A DNA stretch of 64,000 bases, taken from sequence record DRR378314_956; one strand, given 5' to 3'. Each line of letters opens with the position of its first letter. The first letter of the stretch is position 1. Below the pieces are notes generated by a model. The model did not search any database. It was not told the DNA's origin and saw nothing but the letters and a program-made list of their open reading frames with translations. Positions 1 to 8,383 of the stretch are shown here, piece after piece. Made by a program: the position numbers and the translations under genes.

Positions 1-193
1 TCATTTTTGGGTTTTTCTACAGCCTCGTTACATTGCTTTTATTGGTAGACATAAATTGTGTAAAAAACGCAGCCTAAGTGTCTGAAACGGATGTTGGTCT
101 AATGGAGTGAGTTTAGATGGCTGGCAACGGTTTGGAAAGGTGTGTTCTCAAGAAGTGGCGGTTGCGTCGGGAAAACACGGGTCGAACATTTGC

Positions 194-223
194 GTCATCT
201 GACAAATATTGTCACCCAGTGAC
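194..223. promoter_or_regulatory. Candidate enhancer (PilR-type upstream activator site) for pilA
   Basis: Inverted repeat TGACAA-ATA-TTGTCA at 200-214 with further GTCA (194-197) and TGAC (220-223) half-sites, about 110-125 bp upstream of a sigma54 promoter. Confidence 0.5.
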
Positions 224-322
224 GTACGGGGGCAGAAAATCGACTGCTTTTGCAGATGTGATGTATTTCACAATGTTTTATAAAGCGCTGATTATGAATG
301 GCTTATCGCAGGCAGTTTCTAG

Positions 323-339
323 TTGGCACGGCCGGTGCT
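323..339 (+). promoter_or_regulatory. sigma54 (RpoN) -24/-12 promoter of pilA
   Basis: TTGGCACGGCCGGTGCT gives TGGCAC with exact GG-N10-GC spacing, about 100 bp upstream of the pilin ATG. pilA is sigma54/PilR-dependent in Pseudomonas. Confidence 0.8.
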
Positions 340-435
340 TAACGAAACCCAGGCTCTAGATACCGGTCACGGGGTGCGACTCCGCCGGGCCCGGGCCGTA
401 TCGAGTGGATTAACGACAAACACAGAGGTCGACTA

Positions 436-939
436 ATGAAGAACATTCAAATGAATCACGCCCAGAAGGGTTTTACACTGATCGAACTGATGATCGTTGT
501 TGCGATCATCGGTATCCTGGCCGCTGTTGCTATTCCTCAGTACCAGGACTACACCGCCCGCTCACAGGTTTCACGGGTTGTTGGTGAGATCAATGCTCTG
601 AAATCCAGCGCTGAAAGCATTTTTAACAGCGGCGGTGAAGTTGTTGCGACTGCAGATGATTTGGCCCAAGATCCGCGTCAAATCAATATCGGTTGGACCG
701 GTTCTAACCTGGTTGACGATGCCTACGGCGATGCAGCAGGTCTTGATGTGGAAAATGGCGACCTGCCGAACATGACTTGGTCTGTGCGCCTGGGTGAAGA
801 CGCTTCCGGCTCTGTTCGTGGCGTTGTAATCACTATTAGTCGCAGCCTTGCCGGTGCATACTCTTGCTCCATGACTGGCGGTACTGCTGCACAGGGTTGG
901 AAAGACTCATACGCTCCTGCTAGCTGTGAACACTCTTAA
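436..939 (+). CDS. pilA: Type IVa major pilin
   Basis: Prepilin motif [31 protein letters not shown]-terminal Cys pair, last residue Ser (SCEHS), GAGG RBS. Confidence 0.95.
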   Translation: MKNIQMNHAQKGFTLIELMIVVAIIGILAAVAIPQYQDYTARSQVSRVVGEINALKSSAESIFNSGGEVVATADDLAQDPRQINIGWTGSNLVDDAYGDAAGLDVENGDLPNMTWSVRLGEDASGSVRGVVITISRSLAGAYSCSMTGGTAAQGWKDSYAPASCEHS

Positions 940-948
940 TAGTTAGCT

Positions 949-982
949 TTAACTGGCCGGCCTCTCGAGGTTGGCTGGTTAA
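949..982 (+). other. RNA hairpin just 3' of pilA
   Basis: TTAACTGGCCGGCCTC-TC-GAGGTTGGCTGGTTAA pairs fully only if four G-U wobbles are allowed. Confidence 0.55.
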
Positions 983-989
983 GGAGTTC

Positions 990-1017
990 AAAAACCCCGC
1001 CGTTCGGTGGGGTTTTT
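990..1017 (+). terminator. Intrinsic terminator after pilA
   Basis: AAAAACCCCGCCG-TT-CGGTGGGGTTTTT: GC-rich stem flanked by A and T tracts. Confidence 0.8.
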
Positions 1018-1052
1018 ACTATTCTGATTAATAGTGATTTTGAGGATGTGTT

Positions 1053-2606
1053 GTGGCGAAGAACGCAGGCGGCACTCATGAAGATCCTTTGATGTTTGGT
1101 CATTCCAGTCTTTTTCTTCATCTCTTTCTGTTTCCTGTTTTTCTGTGCGTTATTCTCGTTTCCCTGTTCATCGATTTCCTTCCGGTCTACTTTGGCAACT
1201 TTGCTGACCAACGTTTTTTCCAGGTATTTCTTCTTGTCTTTGTGACGTCTTCTGTCTTGTTGATGCCAGTTGGAGGGCTGAGGCGACGTTTATGGATTGA
1301 TAGCTGGCCCGCGTTTGTCGTTGCTGCAGGTTTTCTCGTTTTGGCAGTTCCTTTTGTTGCCAGTGAGTATCGCTGGGTCGAGCCGGGAATGTACGGCTTT
1401 TTCTTTCTGGCGTTTCCGATTATGGGTTGGAAGATTCGTGAAAGGGGGTGTACAGAAAGAGCTGCCGTTGCGTTGGTTGGTGTGATTCTGGTTGGTTGCT
1501 TCTTCTACGCGGCGATGACTCTCACAGCCTACGCGTTTGCCATTACTGACAATTTTTCGAACCTTGTTGACGTCATTCCCTGGGGGTTCGTCAACATGCG
1601 TTATTGGGGGCACCTTGCTACGTGGTTTCTGCCGTTGTTTCCGCTGGCATTGCTCTACGGGTCATTCAAGAATCGCTCGCTTTGGCAAGTAGCAGTCTAT
1701 TTCACAGCAGGTATCTGGTGGTGGGTGGTGTTCCTCACGACGTCGAGGGGCTCGATGATCAGTCTGGTTCTTGCAGCATTGATAGTGCTGGTCTTTTTCG
1801 GCCGAATGGCAATTCCCTGGCTAGTCGCTTCGTTGAAGTTCGTTTTGCTAGGTGGACTTCTGTGGTGTGTGCTTTCCTGGGCTGTGCCAGAACTGGTTTT
1901 CGACAAAACGATGATTCGTGGTCTTCATTCTAGTGATTCCGGGCGTTTGCCGCTTTGGATGGAAGCCTGGGAGATGAGTTTGCAGAACTTTCCGTTGGGA
2001 ATGGGGGCGCAGTCATGGCTAACTCACACGACTCTTACCAGTAACTATTTGTCTGCGCAGACTTTTGGGCATCCTCACAATATGTATCTGATGTGGGCGG
2101 CAGAGTATGGCTGGGCGCTGATGGGCTTGGTCGCAGTTCTCATAAGCGTAGCGGTGAAAAGGCTTCTTTCGCTGCGCAGGCTGATGGTATCGAGCATGCA
2201 GGGGAATGCATCGTTGGTAGTCGCTTTTACTGCTTCAAGTGCAGCAGGTCTTGCTCACGCTGGAGTTTCTGCAGTCTTTCTTGTTCCTGCCACAATGTCT
2301 GTAGCCTTGCTGGTGCTGGCTATTTTTTGGGCTTTATCGCTACCAATGGTCACGACTGATTCGAACTCGAAAACTATTAGCGGGGAGGTAAAACGTTGGG
2401 TCCGCCCGGGTATGCTGCTTGCACCTTTCATATTATTTTTCGGTATTTTGTGGATTCAGGAGGTTTGGCGCTATCACGAAGCGATGACGGAAGACTTGAG
2501 GGTTTATGTTGAAGGCCAGAATGCTCCTCTTTTGCCGCGCTTCTGGCTACATGGATTTTTCCCGCGCCCAATACCTGATGGAGTTGGTCCGGGTTTTGCT
2601 CCGTGA
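1053..2606 (+). CDS. O-antigen ligase (Wzy_C) family membrane protein; probable pilin O-oligosaccharyltransferase (TfpO/PilO-like). Start uncertain (1053 or 1092)
   Basis: Many hydrophobic helices, TSRG loop, RLPLW...P.GMG and HPHNMYL motifs of Wzy_C proteins; lies directly after pilA. Confidence 0.75.
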   Translation: MAKNAGGTHEDPLMFGHSSLFLHLFLFPVFLCVILVSLFIDFLPVYFGNFADQRFFQVFLLVFVTSSVLLMPVGGLRRRLWIDSWPAFVVAAGFLVLAVPFVASEYRWVEPGMYGFFFLAFPIMGWKIRERGCTERAAVALVGVILVGCFFYAAMTLTAYAFAITDNFSNLVDVIPWGFVNMRYWGHLATWFLPLFPLALLYGSFKNRSLWQVAVYFTAGIWWWVVFLTTSRGSMISLVLAALIVLVFFGRMAIPWLVASLKFVLLGGLLWCVLSWAVPELVFDKTMIRGLHSSDSGRLPLWMEAWEMSLQNFPLGMGAQSWLTHTTLTSNYLSAQTFGHPHNMYLMWAAEYGWALMGLVAVLISVAVKRLLSLRRLMVSSMQGNASLVVAFTASSAAGLAHAGVSAVFLVPATMSVALLVLAIFWALSLPMVTTDSNSKTISGEVKRWVRPGMLLAPFILFFGILWIQEVWRYHEAMTEDLRVYVEGQNAPLLPRFWLHGFFPRPIPDGVGPGFAP

Positions 2607-2636
2607 AGGTATGTCTTGATTTTTGGAATACGTAAT

Positions 2637-3080
2637 ATGAGTGGAAAAAACAGCGGATTTACCTTGATTGAGCTCATGATTGTTGTGGCTATCGTCGGCA
2701 TTATTGCGGCAATTGCCATACCAAGCTATCAGGGGTATGTCATGCAGTCCCAAGTAAATCAGGCGCTTGGAGAGTTGTCGGCTTACAAAACTGCTGTAGA
2801 GGAACGCTTGTCCCAGAACGGAGCTTTGGTTAATTCTGATATTGGCTATTCCCCGTCACCGTTAACAACAGGAACCGCCGCTGTTGATATTGCGGTGCTG
2901 AACCCTGACGGTTCTGGTCACCTTGAGGTGACCATGGGGGGCAATGCGCATGGGAGTCTGACAGGTGTCGTACTGAGACTGGAGCGCTCCGTCACAGGAA
3001 GCTGGAGTTGTATTGTCGATACAAGCGGGGCTCCTGGGTGGAGTGACCGCTATAGTCCGTCAGGCTGTACGGTCATTTAA
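2637..3080 (+). CDS. Second type IV pilin-like protein (start 2637, or 2616)
   Basis: [29 protein letters not shown] prepilin motif and C-terminal Cys pair; ends GCTVI. Confidence 0.9.
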   Translation: MSGKNSGFTLIELMIVVAIVGIIAAIAIPSYQGYVMQSQVNQALGELSAYKTAVEERLSQNGALVNSDIGYSPSPLTTGTAAVDIAVLNPDGSGHLEVTMGGNAHGSLTGVVLRLERSVTGSWSCIVDTSGAPGWSDRYSPSGCTVI

Positions 3081-4447
3081 ATTTCAGCCTCTTGAAATAA
3101 CTCCGGCGCCTCGGTATCCCAGCCGAATGCCTCGCAGATTCGCTTTCTCATGACGTCGCTCGCGACCATTTCTCCGTGAGTGACGTAAACTATTCGGGGA
3201 TTGAGAGAGCTATTCCTCAACCAGGCAAGAATTTCGTTGTAGTCTCCATGAGCAGACAACGATTCCAGATTATGAACCTCCGCCTTCACAGGCCAGTACT
3301 CCCCATGAATCTTCACCGATTCCGCGCCGTTCACCAGCGCATCCCCACGGGTGCCCGGCGCCTGGAACCCTGCAAACACAATACTGTTGCGAGAGTTGGG
3401 TAGTAAGGTCTTCAGGTGGTGTAACACGCGTCCGCCACTGGCCATGCCGCTGGCGGAAATGATAACGCAGGGGTAGCGAACACTATTGAGCTCAATGGAT
3501 TCCTCAACGGTGCGGACAAACTCAGTGTTTTCGTCAATCATCTCGCACTGGGCAGCGCTGAGTTTGTGTTCCTTGTGGTGGCGGGAAAAAATCTCGGTTG
3601 CCTTGATCGCCATTGGGCTATTCAAGTACACCGGCATCTTAGGTATCCGGCCCTCCGCCATGATTTTATGGATGAGGTATAGCAGCATCTGCGCGCGGCC
3701 CACGGCGAAGGAGGGGATAAGTACGATGCCACCGCGCTTTGCGGTTCTGGTAATAATGTCAGCCAGTTCGGATTCAGGGTCGCTTTTCGCGTGAAGGCGG
3801 TCGCCATAGGTGGATTCGCACACAAGTACATCGGCTTTATTGATCGGCTCTGGCGGGCGCATAATCACATCATTCTGCCGGCCCACATCACCGCTGAACA
3901 CCACCGTGCGGTCACTTCCCCGATGATGTACATGAACACAGGCCGAACCCAGGATGTGCCCGGCGGGGGTAAAGGTCACCTCCATGCCTTTGACTGGCTC
4001 AAACCGTTCGTGGAAGTGTAACGACTCAAAATGCTTCAGCGCCTCCTGTGCATCCTTCACGGTAAACAAGGGCTCCGGCTTCTCGTGCTTTGAGAACCCC
4101 TTGCGGAAGGCATATTTGGCATCTTCCTCCTGCAGGTACCCGGCATCCGGCAACAGAACCTTGCAGAGTTCGTGTGTTGCCTTCGTGCAGTAAATCTTTC
4201 CCTTGAAGCCGTTCTTCACAAGCGCCGGCAAGTAGCCAGTATGGTCAATGTGTGCGTGGGTCAGAACCACCGCATTAATAGAGGATGGCTCCACCGGGAA
4301 TGGAGCCCAGTTACGTTTGCGCAGGTTCTTCACGCCCTGATACATGCCACAGTCGACCAGCAACCGATGTTCTTCATCCGACAGTAGATAGCGGGAACCC
4401 GTTACCGTGCCTGCAGCGCCAAGGAATTTCAGCTTCATTTTGGGCAT
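3077..4447 (-). CDS. MBL-fold beta-CASP metallo-hydrolase (CPSF73/YSH1-like RNA-processing family)
   Basis: LGAAGTVTGS, THAHIDH, GHILGS, SGD, ESTYG, SASGM, SAH and HGE motifs. Confidence 0.9.
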   Translation of the reverse strand: MPKMKLKFLGAAGTVTGSRYLLSDEEHRLLVDCGMYQGVKNLRKRNWAPFPVEPSSINAVVLTHAHIDHTGYLPALVKNGFKGKIYCTKATHELCKVLLPDAGYLQEEDAKYAFRKGFSKHEKPEPLFTVKDAQEALKHFESLHFHERFEPVKGMEVTFTPAGHILGSACVHVHHRGSDRTVVFSGDVGRQNDVIMRPPEPINKADVLVCESTYGDRLHAKSDPESELADIITRTAKRGGIVLIPSFAVGRAQMLLYLIHKIMAEGRIPKMPVYLNSPMAIKATEIFSRHHKEHKLSAAQCEMIDENTEFVRTVEESIELNSVRYPCVIISASGMASGGRVLHHLKTLLPNSRNSIVFAGFQAPGTRGDALVNGAESVKIHGEYWPVKAEVHNLESLSAHGDYNEILAWLRNSSLNPRIVYVTHGEMVASDVMRKRICEAFGWDTEAPELFQEAEI

Positions 4448-4530
4448 CCCTGTAATAGTTTTGATGTGTTACATCACTATCGCTCATAATAGCGCAAACG
4501 TAATTGACCTGACGCAGGAAGCCGACCCTC

Positions 4531-5298
4531 ATGCACTACAGCTCCATCCTCCCCGATGTCCTGAAAATCGCAGACGCCGCCAGCGAAAAAGTGCTCAGCA
4601 TCTACATGACGGACTTCAAGGTCGATTTTAAGGCGGACGAGTCGCCGATTACTGCGGCAGACGTCGCCAGCCATCGGGTGATTGTGGCAGGCCTGCGGCA
4701 CCTCAGCCACGACATCCCCGTGCTTTCAGAAGAGGGTGCAGAGATCCCGTGGAGCGAGCGTAAACAGTGGCGACGCTTCTGGCTGATTGACCCGATCGAT
4801 GGTACCAAGGACTTCACCCAACGTACCGGTGAATTCACCGTTAACATCGCATTGATCGAAAACGGCGAACCCATTCTCGGGGTCGTAACCGCACCTGCGT
4901 TGAAAGAAGCCTACTGGGGCCTGAAAGGCGAGGGCGCCTATAAGCGCGATCGCACCGGTCGCACCCGGCGGATCAGTGTGGTCGAGCCCGGTGAGGCCAA
5001 GCGCGTTGTTGCCAGCAAGAACCACCTGAACGAAGAAACCAAAGCCTTCATCAACAAGCTTGGCGCCCACGAATTGGTGCAGGCAGGCAGTTCCCTTAAG
5101 TTCTGCAAAATCGCCGAAGGCCATGCGGACATTTACCCGAGGCTGGGGCCAACTTGCGAGTGGGATACCGGTGCAGCCCACGCTGTGCTCTCGGCCGCTG
5201 GAGGTAAGGTGGAAACGCTGGAAGGCAAGCCTTTGCGGTACGGCAAGGAAGATGTGCTCAACCCTCATTTCATTGCCGCTGGCAACTGGTACAAATGA
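4531..5298 (+). CDS. cysQ: 3'(2'),5'-bisphosphate nucleotidase (PAP phosphatase)
   Basis: SPITAAD, SEE, LIDPIDGTKDF, GSSLK and WDTGA motifs. Confidence 0.92.
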   Translation: MHYSSILPDVLKIADAASEKVLSIYMTDFKVDFKADESPITAADVASHRVIVAGLRHLSHDIPVLSEEGAEIPWSERKQWRRFWLIDPIDGTKDFTQRTGEFTVNIALIENGEPILGVVTAPALKEAYWGLKGEGAYKRDRTGRTRRISVVEPGEAKRVVASKNHLNEETKAFINKLGAHELVQAGSSLKFCKIAEGHADIYPRLGPTCEWDTGAAHAVLSAAGGKVETLEGKPLRYGKEDVLNPHFIAAGNWYK

Positions 5299-5786
5299 CC
5301 TGGTACGCCCTGCAACATAAGCCCAGTCAGGGCGACCGCGCCCTGACTCATCTGCAAAATCAGGACATCGCCTGCTTCTACCCGAAAATCACGGTGGAAA
5401 AAATCAAGGCCGGCAAGCGCACCAAAAAGCTGGAACCCCTGTTCCCCGGCTACCTGTTCGTGAACCTGGAGCAAACGGACCCCATGTGGGCCAAGCTACG
5501 CTCCACGCGCGGAATCCTGCGGATTGTCAGCTTCGCTAATAAACCGGCCGCCATTCCGGATGACGTCATCCAGCACATTAAAGACAGCCTGCATACCGTG
5601 GCGGAGCAGGGCGGCATCAAACCCGGTCAGGCCGTTGAACTGGAAGACGGGCCCTTCAAAGGTATCAGCGCTATATTTCAGGCCTACGACGGCGAAGAGC
5701 GCGCCATCGTCTTGATCAGCTTTATGCAGAAGCAACAAACCGTCAAAGTCCCTCTATCCACCCTCCACCGCAGTAAGCCGGATTAG
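5295..5786 (+). CDS. rfaH: Transcription antiterminator RfaH (NusG paralogue)
   Basis: WYALQHKP, EPLFPGYLFV, STRG and C-terminal KOW-like GPFKG; ATGA overlap with cysQ; ops element downstream. Confidence 0.92.
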   Translation: MTWYALQHKPSQGDRALTHLQNQDIACFYPKITVEKIKAGKRTKKLEPLFPGYLFVNLEQTDPMWAKLRSTRGILRIVSFANKPAAIPDDVIQHIKDSLHTVAEQGGIKPGQAVELEDGPFKGISAIFQAYDGEERAIVLISFMQKQQTVKVPLSTLHRSKPD

Positions 5787-5803
5787 CGAAGCGTAATCCA
5801 GCA
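5773..5803 (+). repeat. Degenerate REP-like palindrome overlapping the rfaH stop codon
   Basis: GTAAGCCGGATTAGCGAAGCGTAATCCAGCA has GGATTA...TAATCC arms and resembles GTAG-family REP elements. Only one copy seen in the window. Confidence 0.5.
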
Positions 5804-5899
5804 ACCCATATCCCAAGCCCAAAAGGAACTTTTGTTCACTTCTTTTCGTCCTGCAAACGGTCATAATGTCACTAACTCTTAACAAACGATGGTTATGAA

Positions 5900-6661
5900 A
5901 TGGTAGAACCCCCCCAGGGGCCTTCGCGTCCCCAATACGACGACGAAATCAGCCTGGTTGATCTGGCAACGACATTTCTTAGACGCCGGCGGGTGTTCTA
6001 CGTCATTTTTGTGATGGTCTCTCTTGTTGGTGTGGCCTACGCATTGTTTGCGCCAGAAAAGTACGAATACGTCACCCTGATGAAACTGGCTGAAAAGGCG
6101 AATGGAACATACGTCGAAGAGCCCGCTACCATCATCGCCGAACTGGACAGCCTCTGGGTGCCGGATCTGCAGGCCACGTATCGCGCAGAAAATAGCAGGA
6201 ACCTGCCTTTCAAACTAACGGCCAGTAACCCGAAGGATACCGGACTTATTAGAATCGTTTCCGAAGCCTCGCCCCCCTTGGCAGAGCTTATAGAGAAGAA
6301 TCATCGGAAGCTGATCGAGCGGCTAAGCTCTGAACAAGAGCAGGCATTGTCTAGGCTGCGCAAGAGTCTTGAAAAGCAGATTGCGTCCCTGGATTCGACC
6401 ATAAAAATGCTCGAAGAAGGGGAGAACACCGGCGATGCAATTGCGTCCGCTGTAGAAAAGCAGCTTGCACTGGAATCGGATCTGCAATCGTTGTCACCAT
6501 TTGAGGCTCTGGTCGTTAGCAGGCAAAGCGGTGAAAATGCGGGCACGTCGAGAAGCCTGATTGTCGTGCTATCAATAATGCTAGGGTTGATGGCGGGGGT
6601 ATTTATTGCGTTTCTCGCTGAGTTTATTGGCCTGGTTAGAAATCAGCTTGCTGGCGAGTGA
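5900..6661 (+). CDS. wzz: Polysaccharide co-polymerase / chain-length determinant (Wzz-like)
   Basis: DEISLVDL N-terminal motif, two terminal TM helices and a coiled-coil middle. Confidence 0.75.
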   Translation: MVEPPQGPSRPQYDDEISLVDLATTFLRRRRVFYVIFVMVSLVGVAYALFAPEKYEYVTLMKLAEKANGTYVEEPATIIAELDSLWVPDLQATYRAENSRNLPFKLTASNPKDTGLIRIVSEASPPLAELIEKNHRKLIERLSSEQEQALSRLRKSLEKQIASLDSTIKMLEEGENTGDAIASAVEKQLALESDLQSLSPFEALVVSRQSGENAGTSRSLIVVLSIMLGLMAGVFIAFLAEFIGLVRNQLAGE

Positions 6662-6700
6662 TCAAATTATGAGCCTTTGACAATTCTTCACTTCAGCGCA

Positions 6701-6742
6701 CCTGACAAGGGGCATGTCAGGGGTATTGTCACTTGCGTGTCA
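6701..6742. promoter_or_regulatory. Cluster of TGTCA motifs upstream of wzi (candidate transcription factor sites)
   Basis: Palindrome CCTGACA-N7-TGTCAGG (6701-6721); TGTCA occurs at 6715, 6727 and 6738. Confidence 0.4.
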
Positions 6743-6873
6743 TATGAGATGCCGTAAAATCGTCACGCTTTTGACACAGAAGCTTCATCAACCGACAGGG
6801 ATACAGTTGGGATTAGGTTGTTCCCTCCGTATTGTTCGTTTTTTCCTGTCATTTCTCAGAAAGTTGTCGGTAT

Positions 6874-8367
6874 ATGACCTCAAAACACTGGACCCTGGTC
6901 GGTGGGGCGGTAGCGTGCCTGATTGCCGCCACGTATTCTTCTGCGGCCTTCTCGGCACCCTGGCTGGAGCCTGGCGACAACCGTGCCCGCTTCGCCCTGC
7001 AAAAACTGGCGGACCGGGGGCACCTGAACCGCACAACCTCCACCTGGCCGGTAATGATGGGCACCGTGCACAGCGGCCTTGGCCAGGAAACCGGCAGCGA
7101 TGCTCCTGCCATCGGCGGCCCGCTGGCCTACCTGAAGTTCGAGATGGGCGAGCAGGGCAAACAGGGCTGGCGCGCGGAATACGAACTGGGCGCCACCAGC
7201 GAACCGACCTTTGTGAGAGGCTTTCAGCCTGGCCCACGCGAAACAGCCGAGACCAGCCTCAATGTGCAATGGCAGGGCGAATCCTGGGCCTTCGGCATAA
7301 AACCAGGCCTGGCAGCCAACCCGGAAGACGACGATACATTTCGTCTGGATGGCTCTTACCTCGCTGCAACCGCCGGTAACTGGGTGTTTGGCGCTGGTGC
7401 CATCGACCGTTGGTGGGGGCCAGGTTGGCAAAGTAGCTTGATCCTTTCCAACAACGCCCGCCCCATGCCTGCGGTATGGCTGAACCGTAAGGACGCCGCA
7501 GAGCCGGAAACCAGTTGGCTGAAATGGATCGGCCCCTGGCAGTTCACCACTTTTGCCGGCCAACTGGAAAGCGAACGTGCGGTTCCCGAGGCCAAGATGA
7601 TCGGCATGCGCCTGACGGTAAGGCCGATCGACGGCCTGGATATCGGTTTCTCCCGCGCGATCATGTTCGGTGGCGAAGGTCGGCCGGAGGGCGCCTCCAC
7701 CATCTGGAACGCCCTGATCGGTCGCGACAATGGTCAACTGGAAGAGAACGACCCCGGCAACCAATTAGCCAGTATTGACGCGCGCTACGGCTTTTCCATC
7801 GGCGGCCAGGCCATGGGTGTCTACGGCCAGATGATGGGCGAAGATGAGGCCGGCGCCTTTCCAGCTCGCAAATCCTGGCTGTTGGGTACGGACTGGACCA
7901 CTCAATTGTTAGAGAGCGACCAGCAATGGTTTTTAGAATACGCCAACACACTGGCCGATGACTTCCTGGGTAATGCCATGCCCAACATCACCTACAATCA
8001 TTCCCGCTATCAAAGCGGTTACCGCCACAAAGGTCGCAGCATGGGCTCCACTTTCGATGGCGATGCCGAAACCCTGACGATCGGCGCATTCAACTTTTTT
8101 CCTGATGGCCGTAACCTGTCGGCGTCTGTAAGCTATCTGGATCTCAATAAGGATGGTCAGAACCGTGCGGTTGTAACTGACGACGACATATTCTATACCG
8201 TTCCAGACGGCAACCAAACGGCCGCTATGGTATCCGTGGGTTACGGCACACAATTTCTCAACGGCTGGCTGGACCTCGCGGCCCAGGCCACCGACAAAAA
8301 AATAGAATTCATCAGCGGCGAGAAAGACCAATGGTCTGTTGGTGCCGCCTGGCGCTACCGCTTCTAA
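6874..8367 (+). CDS. wzi: Capsule assembly Wzi-family outer-membrane protein
   Basis: Signal-like N-terminus, IDRWWGPGWQSSLILSNNARP Wzi signature, PGNQLA motif and terminal aromatic YRF of a beta-barrel. Confidence 0.88.
   Translation: MTSKHWTLVGGAVACLIAATYSSAAFSAPWLEPGDNRARFALQKLADRGHLNRTTSTWPVMMGTVHSGLGQETGSDAPAIGGPLAYLKFEMGEQGKQGWRAEYELGATSEPTFVRGFQPGPRETAETSLNVQWQGESWAFGIKPGLAANPEDDDTFRLDGSYLAATAGNWVFGAGAIDRWWGPGWQSSLILSNNARPMPAVWLNRKDAAEPETSWLKWIGPWQFTTFAGQLESERAVPEAKMIGMRLTVRPIDGLDIGFSRAIMFGGEGRPEGASTIWNALIGRDNGQLEENDPGNQLASIDARYGFSIGGQAMGVYGQMMGEDEAGAFPARKSWLLGTDWTTQLLESDQQWFLEYANTLADDFLGNAMPNITYNHSRYQSGYRHKGRSMGSTFDGDAETLTIGAFNFFPDGRNLSASVSYLDLNKDGQNRAVVTDDDIFYTVPDGNQTAAMVSVGYGTQFLNGWLDLAAQATDKKIEFISGEKDQWSVGAAWRYRF
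6906..6917 (+). promoter_or_regulatory. ops element (RfaH loading site), JUMPStart-like
   Basis: GGCGGTAGCGTG is an exact match to the ops consensus GGCGGTAGnnTG, on the sense strand at the 5' end of the polysaccharide operon, with rfaH about 1.1 kb upstream. Confidence 0.85.
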
Positions 8368-8383
8368 AAAACGGATTTACTAA

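Noticed and set aside
117-359. 80-aa ORF upstream of pilA
   Set aside because: It overlaps the sigma54 promoter and candidate enhancer and has no recognisable motifs; probably spurious.
3077-4447. MBL-fold genes (also 35180-36580) as beta-lactam resistance genes
   Set aside because: The beta-CASP motifs and lack of signal peptides place them in the nuclease-like family.
6832-6873. Longer TTG-initiated N-terminus of wzi in the ORF track
   Set aside because: The extra 14 residues do not resemble a signal peptide n-region; ATG 6874 fits better.
6714-7764. Alternative-frame and antisense ORFs (221 aa +, 294 aa -) over wzi
   Set aside because: Shadow ORFs of a GC-rich gene with clear Wzi motifs; no protein signatures of their own.
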